The notes: generated by a model from the sequence alone, not told the origin. 64,000 nt of DNA from an uncultured Spirochaetota bacterium (GCA_963768055.1 CAVYGN010000002.1:1120001-1184000); one strand, 5' to 3'; positions 30,255 through 40,826 are shown, numbered from the stretch's first letter. Made by a program: numbers and translations.

Positions 30255-31424
30255 TTAAATTAATAAATCATACTTATGTCTAATTGAATTTAAAAAATCA
30301 TCATAAAATATAATTTGAACATTTTTTAATGAACTTGATAATATTTTAAAACAATCAATCATTTTTGTGTTTGTTAATTCTTCCCTTTTACCAATAAGAA
30401 CAAATCCTTTCGGTCTTACAATCTTTAGATCATATCCTTTATCATGAAACATTTTAATTACAGTATTAGCATTATTTTCAATTTCATAAATATATTTTTC
30501 AACCTGGGCTATTGCTTTAATTGAGTTTTCTGACCAATAATAGTTATCATGACTTCTATCATGTTTAAGGCAACTAAAATCAGGGCGTTTTATTTCAAAA
30601 ATATCAATACATTGAAACTGGTCAACCAATAAAAAATCTGGTATAGATAAGGTTATTGAAATATTCGTTTTATCAAGCAATAAGATATAAGATGAATTAA
30701 AAAATAAAAGATTTTTCTTGAAAAATATTTGCCATTCATTTTCATTCTGTTTAGTTTTCTTTAAAAGTTTTTCATATTCATTTATTATTGATGAAAGTTT
30801 AATACTATTAACCTTTTTTCCAATATCAACAAAAAGCAACTTGTCTAAAACCGACTTTTTTAGGACAACCGATTTTTCCATTAATGATGGGATAATTCGG
30901 GCAATACTACTCATATCTTCAACAGATAATTTATCAGTTATATTATCAACATCCAATGTTTTACTTATTGTATTTTTTTTATATTCAATTTTATTTTCTA
31001 CTTTGAAAGATTTTGGAAACAATTTGTTTAATTGATAATTATTAATTTCTCTTAATCTAATTGAATTTTCCATATAAATTTCATTACAGATAGAAACAAT
31101 TGATTCATAATCATCTTTATTAAAAACTATCTTTATATTTTTTAGATGACCACTAATTTTTGATTCAGAAAAGGTGTCAACAACTATAGAATCTACAACC
31201 TGAAAAGTATCTTTAATTATATAGAAAAAATATTTTAATGCCCTTGAAAATCCAAATCCATTTCTATTAAGACAAGAAGGTTTTTTTGTATATCCTTTAA
31301 ATAATAGAGTTTTGATAACTTTATATTGGTCTCCTTCTGAAATGAAAAAATATTCATAAGTCTTATTAATTTTATCTATTTTCCATACAACATTTCCTTT
31401 TTGTCCCTTTATTTCTTGTATCAT
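30255..31424 (-). CDS. sduA: Shedu (DUF4263) anti-phage nuclease
   Basis: ENEWQIFFKKN, PDFLL, IFEIKRP, AIAQVEKY, RPKGFVLIG, FYDD. Confidence 0.85.
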   Translation of the reverse strand: MIQEIKGQKGNVVWKIDKINKTYEYFFISEGDQYKVIKTLLFKGYTKKPSCLNRNGFGFSRALKYFFYIIKDTFQVVDSIVVDTFSESKISGHLKNIKIVFNKDDYESIVSICNEIYMENSIRLREINNYQLNKLFPKSFKVENKIEYKKNTISKTLDVDNITDKLSVEDMSSIARIIPSLMEKSVVLKKSVLDKLLFVDIGKKVNSIKLSSIINEYEKLLKKTKQNENEWQIFFKKNLLFFNSSYILLLDKTNISITLSIPDFLLVDQFQCIDIFEIKRPDFSCLKHDRSHDNYYWSENSIKAIAQVEKYIYEIENNANTVIKMFHDKGYDLKIVRPKGFVLIGKREELTNTKMIDCFKILSSSLKNVQIIFYDDFLNSIRHKYDLLI

Positions 31425-31739
31425 GTTTTCTCCTTCGATTTTGTAATAAAAAAATCGGGAAAAACCCAAATAATTTGGAATAATATACAAAAATAAAGCA
31501 AAATATTCTGTTAATTATAATATTATTTTAAAATTATGCAATAAGTTAACAAATATTTTGTGTAATATTAAGGTACTACCAGATATGAAACCTTTGTCCA
31601 GAATTTAGACAAAGTGAATTATTACCAGGATAAGAAAACAGGCTAACACTACCAGTCAGCCTTCTTATTAAATTTCCTTATTCCACCTTCTGTGTCTGCT
31701 CAGCTTCCCCTTCCGCTTTCTTCACTTTAAACTTTTCTT

Positions 31740-31985
31740 CTACTTCCTCGATCCCCTCTTTTTCGGTGTCATCATCATCTTTAATTCAGCTTTCAAATTA
31801 TCAAGGGTCATTCCCTCAAAATTGTTTTCAAATGCTTCTCTTACAAATGCGCCGATTTTTGGGTCAATCTTAAGCCATTTCTTATCTGCTTTTTTAGCTT
31901 CTAATGCCTGTTTTTGTTTTAGTGCTTTAATTTTCTCATTGTAAATTTTAATCATTTCCTCGGGTGTTCTTCTTTTGCCTGGCAT
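31740..31985 (-). CDS. Small basic hypothetical protein
   Basis: AAGGAG RBS; Lys-rich. Confidence 0.7.
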   Translation of the reverse strand: MPGKRRTPEEMIKIYNEKIKALKQKQALEAKKADKKWLKIDPKIGAFVREAFENNFEGMTLDNLKAELKMMMTPKKRGSRK

Positions 31986-32063
31986 ATCCCATCTCCTTAA
32001 ATAATTTATTGAATTAATTATCGGGAATTGGTGAGGGGGAAATGAAAGATGAGGGGGAAAACG

Positions 32064-32395
32064 TCAAAAGGGCATATTTGCAAGCATTCTTTTAATATAT
32101 GAATTATCATCCTCCAGATCCAATTTCAATGACTTGCATTTAGGGCATCTGGGTTTTGCATTAAAGGTGAATTTTCCACCACATTTACATTTGCCAAGTA
32201 TTGCAGAAATTTTCATCTCATATTCATTATCCGAGGAAATAATGTTTAACTCCCTAATTTTATACAATAATTTTCAGTAGTCTTTTCTTTGCCACATTTC
32301 TTACAATGAAGCAATTCAAAGAACATGCTACCGCCTATCTTTACTTTAAATTTATGACCGCATTGTTTGCAAATAGCTTTGTAAAAATGTGCCAT
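32064..32395 (-). pseudogene. Zinc-ribbon protein split by a frameshift near 32270
   Basis: CKQCG..CKKCG in one frame, CKCGG..CPKC in the next; one extra A joins them. Confidence 0.65.
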
Positions 32396-32440
32396 ATAAC
32401 CATCCTTCTTTAATTTATAGCTTGCCTGGAAGGGTGTCAA

Positions 32441-33702
32441 TTAGTATTTATCAATACAACAACGTTTAAACTTCTTTCCACTGCCACAAGGACAGGGATC
32501 ATTCCTGCCAATTTTATTCTTACCTGTTTGCATTTTGCTTAATTGATTATTTATACTTTCAACCAATGGAGAAAAATCCCCATCATTATATTTTACTTCG
32601 TTATCAGCTCTTTTTTTTCACGCCTTAAATATTCATCTGCAAATTCGCCAATCTCCGGGATTTCTTTCCCTGATATTATTGAATATAACAATAATTCTTC
32701 TTCTAAGTGTATAACTTGTCTGTCATAACCTTCATTTACTATATTCAGGGCATTTTGAATGAATTCTAATGAGAAAATATCATCAAGAGCTATGCAAAGA
32801 TTAAGTTTGACCATATCATCTTTAGCGAATTTAAAAAGTTCAAGTATTATACTTTCAGTATTTTCAAAAACCATTTCTTTTAGAATTGAACATAATGCAA
32901 TTTGATAATCATTATTTCCTGAGATAAACTCATCCTTGATAAAGGATAAATTATCTTGATTGATATTTTCTAAGATTATTGGATTTATAAGGCTGAGCAT
33001 TTGAAATGTTTCATCGTATTGATAGCATTTTATGATATCAGGGAAACAATCTTTTAGATTAAATTTAGAAGCCGTATAAGCATAAAGATACCATTTTAAC
33101 CAGGGTTGATCCGATTTAAAAGATTCGAAATATTGTTTTATAAACAAATCATATTTTGTATGTTCAAGAGACATCATTTTTTCAATTATTAAATGTCCAT
33201 GATTTAAATCCACTTCATTGTTATATTTATTTATATTTGATTCAATGAAATGGTTCAATTCATTCCATAATTCATCAATAGAATAAGATTTAATCTTATC
33301 TTCAAAACTTTTATATTTAGCTTTTCCCTTTTTCTTTTCATTTTTAATCAGCTTTATAAAGATGGCAGGAAAATTAGTGGCTTCTTTTAATAAATCAATT
33401 GGTTGCTCTAAAAACAAATGCGAGAGAAAATATCGAGAGTTGGCAAATTCTTCTTTGTTGCCTATATTTTCTAATATTTTAAATAGCTCATTAATGTTAT
33501 CTGCTGATAGATTTTGAATTGCTAGCAATCGTATAATTGGAACATTTTTCTCTACCCCAAAATAATTCAATGCTTTAATAGATTCCGATATTAGTTCGTT
33601 GCTTTGATATTTTGTATCAATAAAAAAACGTGCAATTTTGTTTCTAACTTCATCTGTTTTGTGTGTTAAAAATCTTGTTAAATATCCTGGTTGGAGAAGC
33701 AT
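32441..33702 (-). CDS. Helical-repeat protein whose SEC-C motif lies in the -1 frame after an A8 run (32611-32618)
   Basis: -1 frame gives RADNEV...[24 protein letters not shown]. Confidence 0.7.
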
Positions 33703-33828
33703 TAAATACTCCGATTTTTTTCAAATATTATAAAACAATAACTGATACAAAAGCAAACAAGGGCTGAGTTTGCCTTAACCAATTCAATTTTCCACCATCC
33801 CTCAGTAGGCAAAGCAGAGGGGGAAGGA

Positions 33829-34236
33829 TTACCACATATACATAACTCTTTTTAAGATTTCCTCTTCATTCTTAAATCCAAATTTTTTATAAAATTCCTG
33901 GGCTGTTTGAGTTAATAAAAATAATCTTGCTCCTTTTAACTCATCATCATTTAAAATATATTCCATCAGTTTATGACCATATTTTTTATTTTGATATTCA
34001 GTTAAAATAAAAACATCACATAAATATGAAAATGTGCAATAATCAGATATCACTCTTGTGAACCCGATAAACTCGCCATTTAAAAGAAGGCTATAACACA
34101 AAGAATTTTCTATTGATTTTAATATTGTTTCCTGGCTTCTGTTTTTTGCCCAATATGATTCTTTTTGTAAATAATTTATCACTTTGACAGTATCAATTTT
34201 ATTTTTATCTTTGCTGATTATCAAATTGTCATCCAT
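33829..34236 (-). CDS. GNAT acetyltransferase
   Basis: SYWA..R, GFTRVISD, YLCDVFI..YQNKKYG, FYKKFGF. Confidence 0.9.
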   Translation of the reverse strand: MDDNLIISKDKNKIDTVKVINYLQKESYWAKNRSQETILKSIENSLCYSLLLNGEFIGFTRVISDYCTFSYLCDVFILTEYQNKKYGHKLMEYILNDDELKGARLFLLTQTAQEFYKKFGFKNEEEILKRVMYMW

Positions 34237-34339
34237 AAAGCCTCCGAATCTACTTTTTCCTTTATTCTATCCCCTCCCGGCGCTTTTATCAAAAATTCAA
34301 TGGAGAATGGCAATAATGGGAAGAGACAACATTTTGCTT

Positions 34340-35008
34340 TTATAAACCAATTTTCAGCTTTTTCCTATTCATTTCATCTTCAAGATTAAAAGAAAACATC
34401 TTTATATTTATTCTTTTTCTTTTTAATTTATTTGATAATAATTTTATAAATATTCCATTGCCTTGCTCCAGACAAGTCTTATAAAGATTATTATTATAAT
34501 CCTTACGATTTAAGGAATTAATTGATAAACCCGAAATATATTGAAATGATTTCCACATACTTAAATTTGCATTTACACCACATGTAGGAGAGCCATCTAT
34601 TCCAACAATGCCGATAATTTCTAAACCTGAATTTATATAATCTTGAATTATCCTGATTGTTTTTGAAACAATTTGTGAATATATTAAGTAAGTATACCAA
34701 ATAAAAAACGGATAAATGAGTCTTATTACGATGTTGACCAATTTCCCTTTTGTATCAATTGACAACCAAATATAATTTTTTAATACGCCACCCCATGCTA
34801 TTTGTTCCGGACAACTTAGTTGAACAATACCACAATCTATTGTAGATAATTCTTTAAATATATTAGAATCTATTCCACTACAAAACGCCCCACCAAGATA
34901 ACGTGTATTTTCATTTAGAATACAGTGTGCTACAAATAAAATTTTCTTGCTTCTTTCATCTTTGAGTTTATTTACTAATACTTTAAGCTTTGCATTCATA
35001 GTATTCAC
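34340..35008 (-). CDS. DUF523/TudS-related (2-thiouracil desulfurase-like) protein
   Basis: AHCILNEN, QLSCPE, GIDGSPTCG. Confidence 0.75.
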   Translation of the reverse strand: MNTMNAKLKVLVNKLKDERSKKILFVAHCILNENTRYLGGAFCSGIDSNIFKELSTIDCGIVQLSCPEQIAWGGVLKNYIWLSIDTKGKLVNIVIRLIYPFFIWYTYLIYSQIVSKTIRIIQDYINSGLEIIGIVGIDGSPTCGVNANLSMWKSFQYISGLSINSLNRKDYNNNLYKTCLEQGNGIFIKLLSNKLKRKRINIKMFSFNLEDEMNRKKLKIGL

Positions 35009-35092
35009 CAGCTATTTTTATATTCGAAATTTCCTTCAAAAATTCTCATTCCATAATTGGCAGGCAAAACAGAGGAGTAGAAGTGCTAATTT

Positions 35093-35407
35093 TTATTTCT
35101 TAACTACATATTTTTTATTTATCTCATAAAGAGTTGGGTCATATATTTTTATTTCAATAATAAATCCTTCATAGGTCATAACTTCTTGTCCTAAAGTATC
35201 CCAATGAATTTTCCTTTTCCCTTGCTTTATTTTAGGTAATCTGCTTTCTTCATTGTCTTTTGCATTATCATTATAATAAATTTCAGATGCTAAACTAAAT
35301 CTAGGCTTCATTTTTAATACATCATCTGTAGTAGCTATAATTAATTTTTTATCAAGCTCATTTTGAATATTTCTTTTTGTGACCTCTTTCATATCAATTA
35401 TCTTCAA
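35093..35407 (-). CDS. Hypothetical protein
   Basis: ORF track; start uncertain. Confidence 0.5.
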   Translation of the reverse strand: MKIIDMKEVTKRNIQNELDKKLIIATTDDVLKMKPRFSLASEIYYNDNAKDNEESRLPKIKQGKRKIHWDTLGQEVMTYEGFIIEIKIYDPTLYEINKKYVVKK

Positions 35408-35904
35408 AGCAGAACCCCTATAAACAATTTTTTTTACCTATCCCCGTTCAAAGCAAGAGAAAGGAAGAGCCTATCGATAGTCGATTTGTAAAACAAACGA
35501 TACCATAGGTCAAAAACATTTACTGTCAGTTTTTAATGCTCTAATAATTGAATTGCATTTTAGTAATAATTCCTTTTCCCACAAACAACTATTGTCAAAC
35601 CTAAAATGAAATTGCGATTATTCTTGCAATTCATTAATAAAATATTCATTCACAAATTTATCTATTTCGGTACTACCATTAAATTCTTTTTTTATTTTTA
35701 TTTCCCCTGGAGCAAATTTCATAATAGAAGAATTAGAGTCCTTTATACATAGAACTACGCAACCATTTTTAAATTCAGTGTCCGGGGCCACCCAGATTCC
35801 CCAGTAAAAAGGCAAAATAGGGCCATGAGATTCCCCACCCACCTTTTCCTGTTCAGAATCTAAAAAATCAAACATACTCTCCGGAAAAAACCGGAGGGGA
35901 ATGG

Positions 35905-37446
35905 ATGGGGTACAGATTTATGAACGAACAGGATTACTATGACATTTACAGACGATGGAAAGCCGATCAAAGCATAAGTGAAATTTCCGAACAGGAAAAC
36001 AGGGATAGGAAAACAGTCCGACTAGCGATTCAAAAAATTATCGATTACGGCTTTGAAAAGGCGGGAGAAACAATAAGCCGGGAAGAATTCCATCTGAAAC
36101 GCCCCTTTGTAGGGCCTCCAAAAAATGAAAATAAGGCAAGCATACTTGAACGATATAAAGATGAGCTGTACGGGCTCATAAATGACCCGAAAAACGGAAT
36201 GAAACCCAAGACAGCCTTTGAAGTTGTCTGTATAAGGCATAATCTGGACATAAGCTATACAAGTTTCAAGAGATTCTCGATAAAGAGCGGCCTTACAGCT
36301 AAAGAATTAAAGGAAACCATCCGGATTGAAACTAACCCTGGTCAGGAGATCCAGCTTGACTACGGCAGGGCCGGCACAATGGAATACCTGGGGCACAACA
36401 AGATCGTGCAGTCTTTTATCGGAATAATGTCGAGTTCAAGGCTGCCATTTGTTCAATATGTCTATTCACAAAACCAGGAATCATTCGTTGAAAGCAATGT
36501 GGATATGCTGGAGTTTTACGGCGGTGTGCCTGTAAGAATATCCCTGGACAATCTGAAAACCGGCATCATATCACCGGACCTTTACGATCCTAAATATAAT
36601 CAGGCATATGCTGATTATGCGGAGTATTACAATACTTTTCTTGATCCTTGCAGGGTAAGGAAACCAAAGGATAAAGCCAAGATAGAGAGAATGGTCCCTG
36701 TTGCCAGAGAGCTTTTCAGAAAACTTAAAGCCCTTAATCCCGGAGCCTCGTTAAAGGAATTAAACATCAAAGCTCTGGAATGGTGCAGGTATGAATACGG
36801 GATGAGGAACCATGGAACAACAGGTTTGAAACCAATAGAGGTATTTGAAACGATAGAGAAGCCCCTGCTTAAGAAGCTTCCTGAAGAAAGGTTTAAGACT
36901 CCCGTATGGAAAAAGGCCAAGGTACACCCGGACCAATTTGTCCAGTTCGAGAAAAAGAGGTATTCCCTGCCTCCCAGGTATCGTGGAGAGGAAGTCTTTG
37001 TCAGGAGAACCGGCAATTTAGTGAAGATCTTCTTCCAGTACAAACTTATCCGGGAATTTGTCGTACCAAGAGGACATGCAGCATATGAAAAGACTGATTT
37101 TCCGGAGAATACAAGGGAGATGCTATCCGGGGGATACCCCAAGTATTTATTAGACCAGTCGAGGAAATACGGAGAAGCCGCATACCAGTTGATCTTTCAA
37201 ATCCTTGCTGTTCATGCTAATCTGAATTGCCGGAGGGCCCTGGGGTTCTTAAGTGTAATGGAAACATTCTCGAAAGAAGAATACTTTAATAAAGTCTGTG
37301 AAAGAGCAATATCGGCAAAAATAACCGATCCCAAACTATTCAAAAGCTGGATGGAAAATGAAGGAAAGGATAAACAGGACACCCTGTTTGAAATTTCAGA
37401 AGAAGGGTCTGAAATGACCAGGGACGGCAGCTATTACTTTCAATAG
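35905..37446 (+). CDS. istA: IS21 transposase
   Basis: PGQEIQLDYG, GGVP..DNLK, PKDKAKIER, YSLP. Confidence 0.95.
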   Translation: MGYRFMNEQDYYDIYRRWKADQSISEISEQENRDRKTVRLAIQKIIDYGFEKAGETISREEFHLKRPFVGPPKNENKASILERYKDELYGLINDPKNGMKPKTAFEVVCIRHNLDISYTSFKRFSIKSGLTAKELKETIRIETNPGQEIQLDYGRAGTMEYLGHNKIVQSFIGIMSSSRLPFVQYVYSQNQESFVESNVDMLEFYGGVPVRISLDNLKTGIISPDLYDPKYNQAYADYAEYYNTFLDPCRVRKPKDKAKIERMVPVARELFRKLKALNPGASLKELNIKALEWCRYEYGMRNHGTTGLKPIEVFETIEKPLLKKLPEERFKTPVWKKAKVHPDQFVQFEKKRYSLPPRYRGEEVFVRRTGNLVKIFFQYKLIREFVVPRGHAAYEKTDFPENTREMLSGGYPKYLLDQSRKYGEAAYQLIFQILAVHANLNCRRALGFLSVMETFSKEEYFNKVCERAISAKITDPKLFKSWMENEGKDKQDTLFEISEEGSEMTRDGSYYFQ

Positions 37447-37464
37447 AGATAATGAGGAGGAAAT

Positions 37465-38211
37465 ATGGAACATCAGAATCAGCTTGAGGCAAACTTAAGG
37501 AGGTTAAAGCTTCCTGGGATGCTATTCAACCTTCCTATGCGGATCAGGGAGGCTCAAGAATCAAACCTGGACTATGGAGAATTTTTCTCTTTGTTAGTTC
37601 AGGATGAATTATGCCAGAGGGATAATAACATGCTCAAAAAGAGGCTGAGAGAAGCGAAGTTCGGCCAGGAAAACACTTTCGAGGGGTTTGATTTTAATTT
37701 CAATGAGAGCGCTATCCCTTCAAGGCTTATTCGTGAAATCGCGTCCTGCCGTTTCATGGATATGAGACAGTTTGTTGTCATCGCCGGGCCTCCCGGCATA
37801 GGTAAAACATGCATTGCAAAATCAGTCGGCCATGAGGCCTGCAGAAGAGGAAACACAGTTCTTTTCAAGAAAGCCGCGGTTCTTCTTGAAGACTTGAAAA
37901 GCGAAAAGCTTATGTTTAAGAATACTCTATTCAGAAAGTGTATTAAAACAGACCTCCTGATAATAGACGATTTCGGATTTAAAAAACTCGACAATGAAGA
38001 AACGGAATACCTATACCGGATTGTCGATGAAAGGCTTGGAAACAGGTCCATTATTCTGACAAGCAACCGGCCTCCGGAGGACTGGCTGGCAATCTTCCCT
38101 GATCCTGTGATTGGAGGGGCTATGCTTGACCGCCTTGTTTCAGGCTCAATTAAAATCCTGGTAAAATCCAAAGATGGAAAATCTTTCCGGAAGGAAGGGA
38201 AAACTATTTGA
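37465..38211 (+). CDS. istB: IS21 helper ATPase
   Basis: GPPGIGKT, LIIDDFG, LTSNR, LDRL. Confidence 0.95.
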   Translation: MEHQNQLEANLRRLKLPGMLFNLPMRIREAQESNLDYGEFFSLLVQDELCQRDNNMLKKRLREAKFGQENTFEGFDFNFNESAIPSRLIREIASCRFMDMRQFVVIAGPPGIGKTCIAKSVGHEACRRGNTVLFKKAAVLLEDLKSEKLMFKNTLFRKCIKTDLLIIDDFGFKKLDNEETEYLYRIVDERLGNRSIILTSNRPPEDWLAIFPDPVIGGAMLDRLVSGSIKILVKSKDGKSFRKEGKTI

Positions 38212-38311
38212 AAGTTTTATGATTTCTCTCTAAAATCAAGAACGGTATTTTTCAGGAAAAGGTGGGGAATCTCATGCCCCTGCCACTGGGGAATCTACCC
38301 GGTCCTCGACA

Positions 38312-38660
38312 CGAAGATTTACAACTGCTTAAAGATGAAAAAATAGAAGCTACTCAAATTAGTATAATTAATATTGGTAATATAAATTCAACAAACTCTA
38401 TTATGGCTATAGGCACTAATATTAATCAGATCAGTAAAGATTCAATATTTAAAAATATAATTGAAAAAATTGATTCTGATATTATGAATAAAGAAGATAA
38501 AGAAGAATTGATTACCGCTGTAAAAAATATGGAAAAAAATAAAGATGATAAAGTATCTTTCAAAGAAGCATATAATAGTTTCTTAACGAAAATTAGCACC
38601 TATATGAATATAATTGCACCTTTTTTACCGTATTTAACTCAATATTTTATACCACAATAA
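38312..38660 (+). pseudogene. 5'-truncated gene remnant next to the IS21 end
   Basis: ORF-track start lies inside the IS end; the frame continues from the junction. Confidence 0.6.
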
Positions 38661-38693
38661 ATAATTGGAAAATTATTATGCTATCATTTTCAG

Positions 38694-38831
38694 CATTCCT
38701 TCGCAAACGCCATGATCGGCAAGACAGGAAAGCTAAAAGCCGTGTCGGAGTACTTGGGACACTTCTCGACAGCTATTACCATGGACGTCTATCTTCACGA
38801 GAATCTGACATCCAGCGATCTGTTCGGATAA
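38694..38831 (+). pseudogene. C-terminal fragment of a second tyrosine recombinase
   Basis: HSFANAM..KAVSEYLGHFSTAITMDVYLH (box II LGH...Y). Confidence 0.75.
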
Positions 38832-38855
38832 AAATTGTTTGTTATTGAGAATCTA

Positions 38856-39494
38856 TCAGCTAACTAACCACTCAATAAGTTTTGAAAGAGAATCTAAATG
38901 TTTTATTTTTTTATTTTCCTGAGATGGGCCTCTCATAGAACTCCGCATACCCATTCCTCTTTGGTTAGCTCCTGGTAAATCATCATTTATTTCTAAGCCC
39001 TGGATAGCAACATTATCTGATTTTATTTCTTTTATTTTCGAGATTGCCGATTCAAGGTTGCTATATTGAATTTGTAATAGCATTATTGCCGATTCAATTT
39101 CCCCAATATTGCCAGTCTTAAAAAAACCTCTTTGATCGATAACTGAGTCAAATGTATAGCCCCATGTTTTTGTGAAGTTATTTCCTGAGACTTTTGATAC
39201 TAATTTTCCTCTAAAGGGCTCTATTGTCAGTTCATAAATATCATCACCATATTTTGCCATCAATGAATTTTCATTACCGCCAGTTATAGTATATCCTACT
39301 TCATCAAATGATTTGTGCAATTCATCCTTTACTTCTTTATTAAAAGTGTCAGATAGTGCTCGCATCAAATTACCATATTCTTTAGTTCTTTCATCAACTT
39401 TACTCATCAATGCACTAAACTCCTTCTTTACTCCTTCAAACTTATCCGCATTCTTACGTTTTTCTTCTAGTATTTTTTTAGCTTCATTATTCAC
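38856..39494 (-). CDS. Hypothetical protein, fourth gene of the TAC run
   Basis: AGAGGAG RBS; starts 11 bp after the SecB-like stop. Confidence 0.75.
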   Translation of the reverse strand: MNNEAKKILEEKRKNADKFEGVKKEFSALMSKVDERTKEYGNLMRALSDTFNKEVKDELHKSFDEVGYTITGGNENSLMAKYGDDIYELTIEPFRGKLVSKVSGNNFTKTWGYTFDSVIDQRGFFKTGNIGEIESAIMLLQIQYSNLESAISKIKEIKSDNVAIQGLEINDDLPGANQRGMGMRSSMRGPSQENKKIKHLDSLSKLIEWLVS

Positions 39495-39505
39495 AATTTT
39501 CTCCT

Positions 39506-39961
39506 CTACTTTTTATTTTTCTCATTATTGAAATATTCAACAAAATTGTAAACTGGTAATATATATGTACCGTTAGGAAACATACTTGATATATTCATTA
39601 AATATCCTCGTGCGACTCCATACAAAATTGAAGAACCATTTAAGCAAATCAAATTATTGACTTCATTTTTATCTTCATTATCATCTTTTTTAGAAATTTT
39701 AAAATATCCCGATATAAGCATTTCATAATAAAAAGGGATGTTTTTTAAATTTTCTTCCTTAATATCTCCTTTTTTAATATCTTCCTGATTAATTATTGTC
39801 ATTTGAATTTGGAACAAAGAGTTGTCATCTTTATTGATTTTGATATCTATTTTTAGTTTAAGATTTTCCTTTTCAGGAGATAAATTTTGATCATAGGACA
39901 TGTTATAAAATGATCTTATGAATAAAACTTTAGAATCTATTATTTCAAGTTTGGAAGTCAT
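39506..39961 (-). CDS. SecB-like chaperone
   Basis: ISGYF..NGSSILYGVARGYLMNISS..YILPVYNF. Confidence 0.8.
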   Translation of the reverse strand: MTSKLEIIDSKVLFIRSFYNMSYDQNLSPEKENLKLKIDIKINKDDNSLFQIQMTIINQEDIKKGDIKEENLKNIPFYYEMLISGYFKISKKDDNEDKNEVNNLICLNGSSILYGVARGYLMNISSMFPNGTYILPVYNFVEYFNNEKNKK

Positions 39962-39973
39962 GAATCCCTCTTT

Positions 39974-40342
39974 TTATAAAAATAATAAAGCCGGGGATGT
40001 CGCCCCGCAAATGTGAGGCGACTTCCTTATAGACTCATAATTTTTTAAATCTTTAACGGAATATTTCGGTTCCAATTTAACAATAAGATTGAATCCGACA
40101 GCATCCGCAACCTTAACCATCGTTTCAATGGTCATGTTAGTGATTCCATTCAATAGCTTAGTAATATAAGCCGAACTAACTCCTAATTGCTTGGCAAGGC
40201 CTTTTTTCTTTATTCCATCTTCGTACATTTTTTTGGCGATGTTGAAAGCAAAGTCTATAGCAATAGACGCAGTTACGAAAGACGGATCATTAACCGCAGC
40301 CCTTTTGCCAACATCATCCACATTACCCATAAATTCCTCCAT
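39974..40342 (-). CDS. HigA-like XRE HTH antitoxin with C-terminal extension
   Basis: LAKQLGVSSAYITKLLNGITNMTIETMVKVADAVG plus a ~30-aa tail. Confidence 0.8.
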   Translation of the reverse strand: MEEFMGNVDDVGKRAAVNDPSFVTASIAIDFAFNIAKKMYEDGIKKKGLAKQLGVSSAYITKLLNGITNMTIETMVKVADAVGFNLIVKLEPKYSVKDLKNYESIRKSPHICGATSPALLFL

Positions 40343-40378
40343 AATACTCCTAAAGATAAATAATAACTATCACATAAA

Positions 40379-40795
40379 CTATAACGAATACTTTTTTATT
40401 AATTTCTGCGCCCTGCTTATACAATCATTATCCTCCTTTGAATTTTTATTATTGTCTTTTTTATAAGGGACTAACATTACTATATCATTGCCGCTCATGC
40501 AAAATAAAATTCTTACATGCGCCTGAGTACATTCGAATTTAGGAATTTTTGGTTTTGTTGCTGTCTTTCTTATGAATGTCCCTAATTTGAGCATAAGATC
40601 ATATCCTTCGTCCGCTGTTTTTATTATCTTTCCATGAATAAGATCAAATGCTTCCACCTTTAACCCATCTAAAAATTCTTTAACAGTATTTCTGGTTCCA
40701 TCGCAAAGACAATATACCTTGTGAACGCGTCCGGTATAGTACAATTTCAATTTACTTTCTATATCGCCTTTGCTCATATCGTCACATCTGTACAT
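40379..40795 (-). CDS. HigB/Gp49 (RelE-superfamily) toxin
   Basis: VKEFLDGL..VRILFC..IVMLVPYKK..ISRAQKL; toxin-first order. Confidence 0.7.
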   Translation of the reverse strand: MYRCDDMSKGDIESKLKLYYTGRVHKVYCLCDGTRNTVKEFLDGLKVEAFDLIHGKIIKTADEGYDLMLKLGTFIRKTATKPKIPKFECTQAHVRILFCMSGNDIVMLVPYKKDNNKNSKEDNDCISRAQKLIKKYSL

Positions 40796-40797
40796 AT

Positions 40798-40826
40798 AAC
40801 TTAACTTATAAGTTAAATTTTGTCAA
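40798..40826 (-). promoter_or_regulatory. Promoter with a perfect 16-bp palindromic operator
   Basis: TTGACA-17-TAAGTT on the minus strand; TTAACTTATAAGTTAA at 40801-40816. Confidence 0.7.

Larger units (their letters stand above)
35779..38311 (+). mobile_element. IS21-family element (no TSD seen)
   Basis: Ends TGTCCGGGGCCACCCAGATTCCCCAGT and ACTGGGGAATCTACCCGGTCCTCGACA; internal GATTCCCCA repeats; istAB. Confidence 0.9.

Noticed and set aside
35618..35875. 85-aa ORF as an intact gene
   Set aside because: Its first ~32 codons lie in the IS21 left end; only a 3' remnant is genuine
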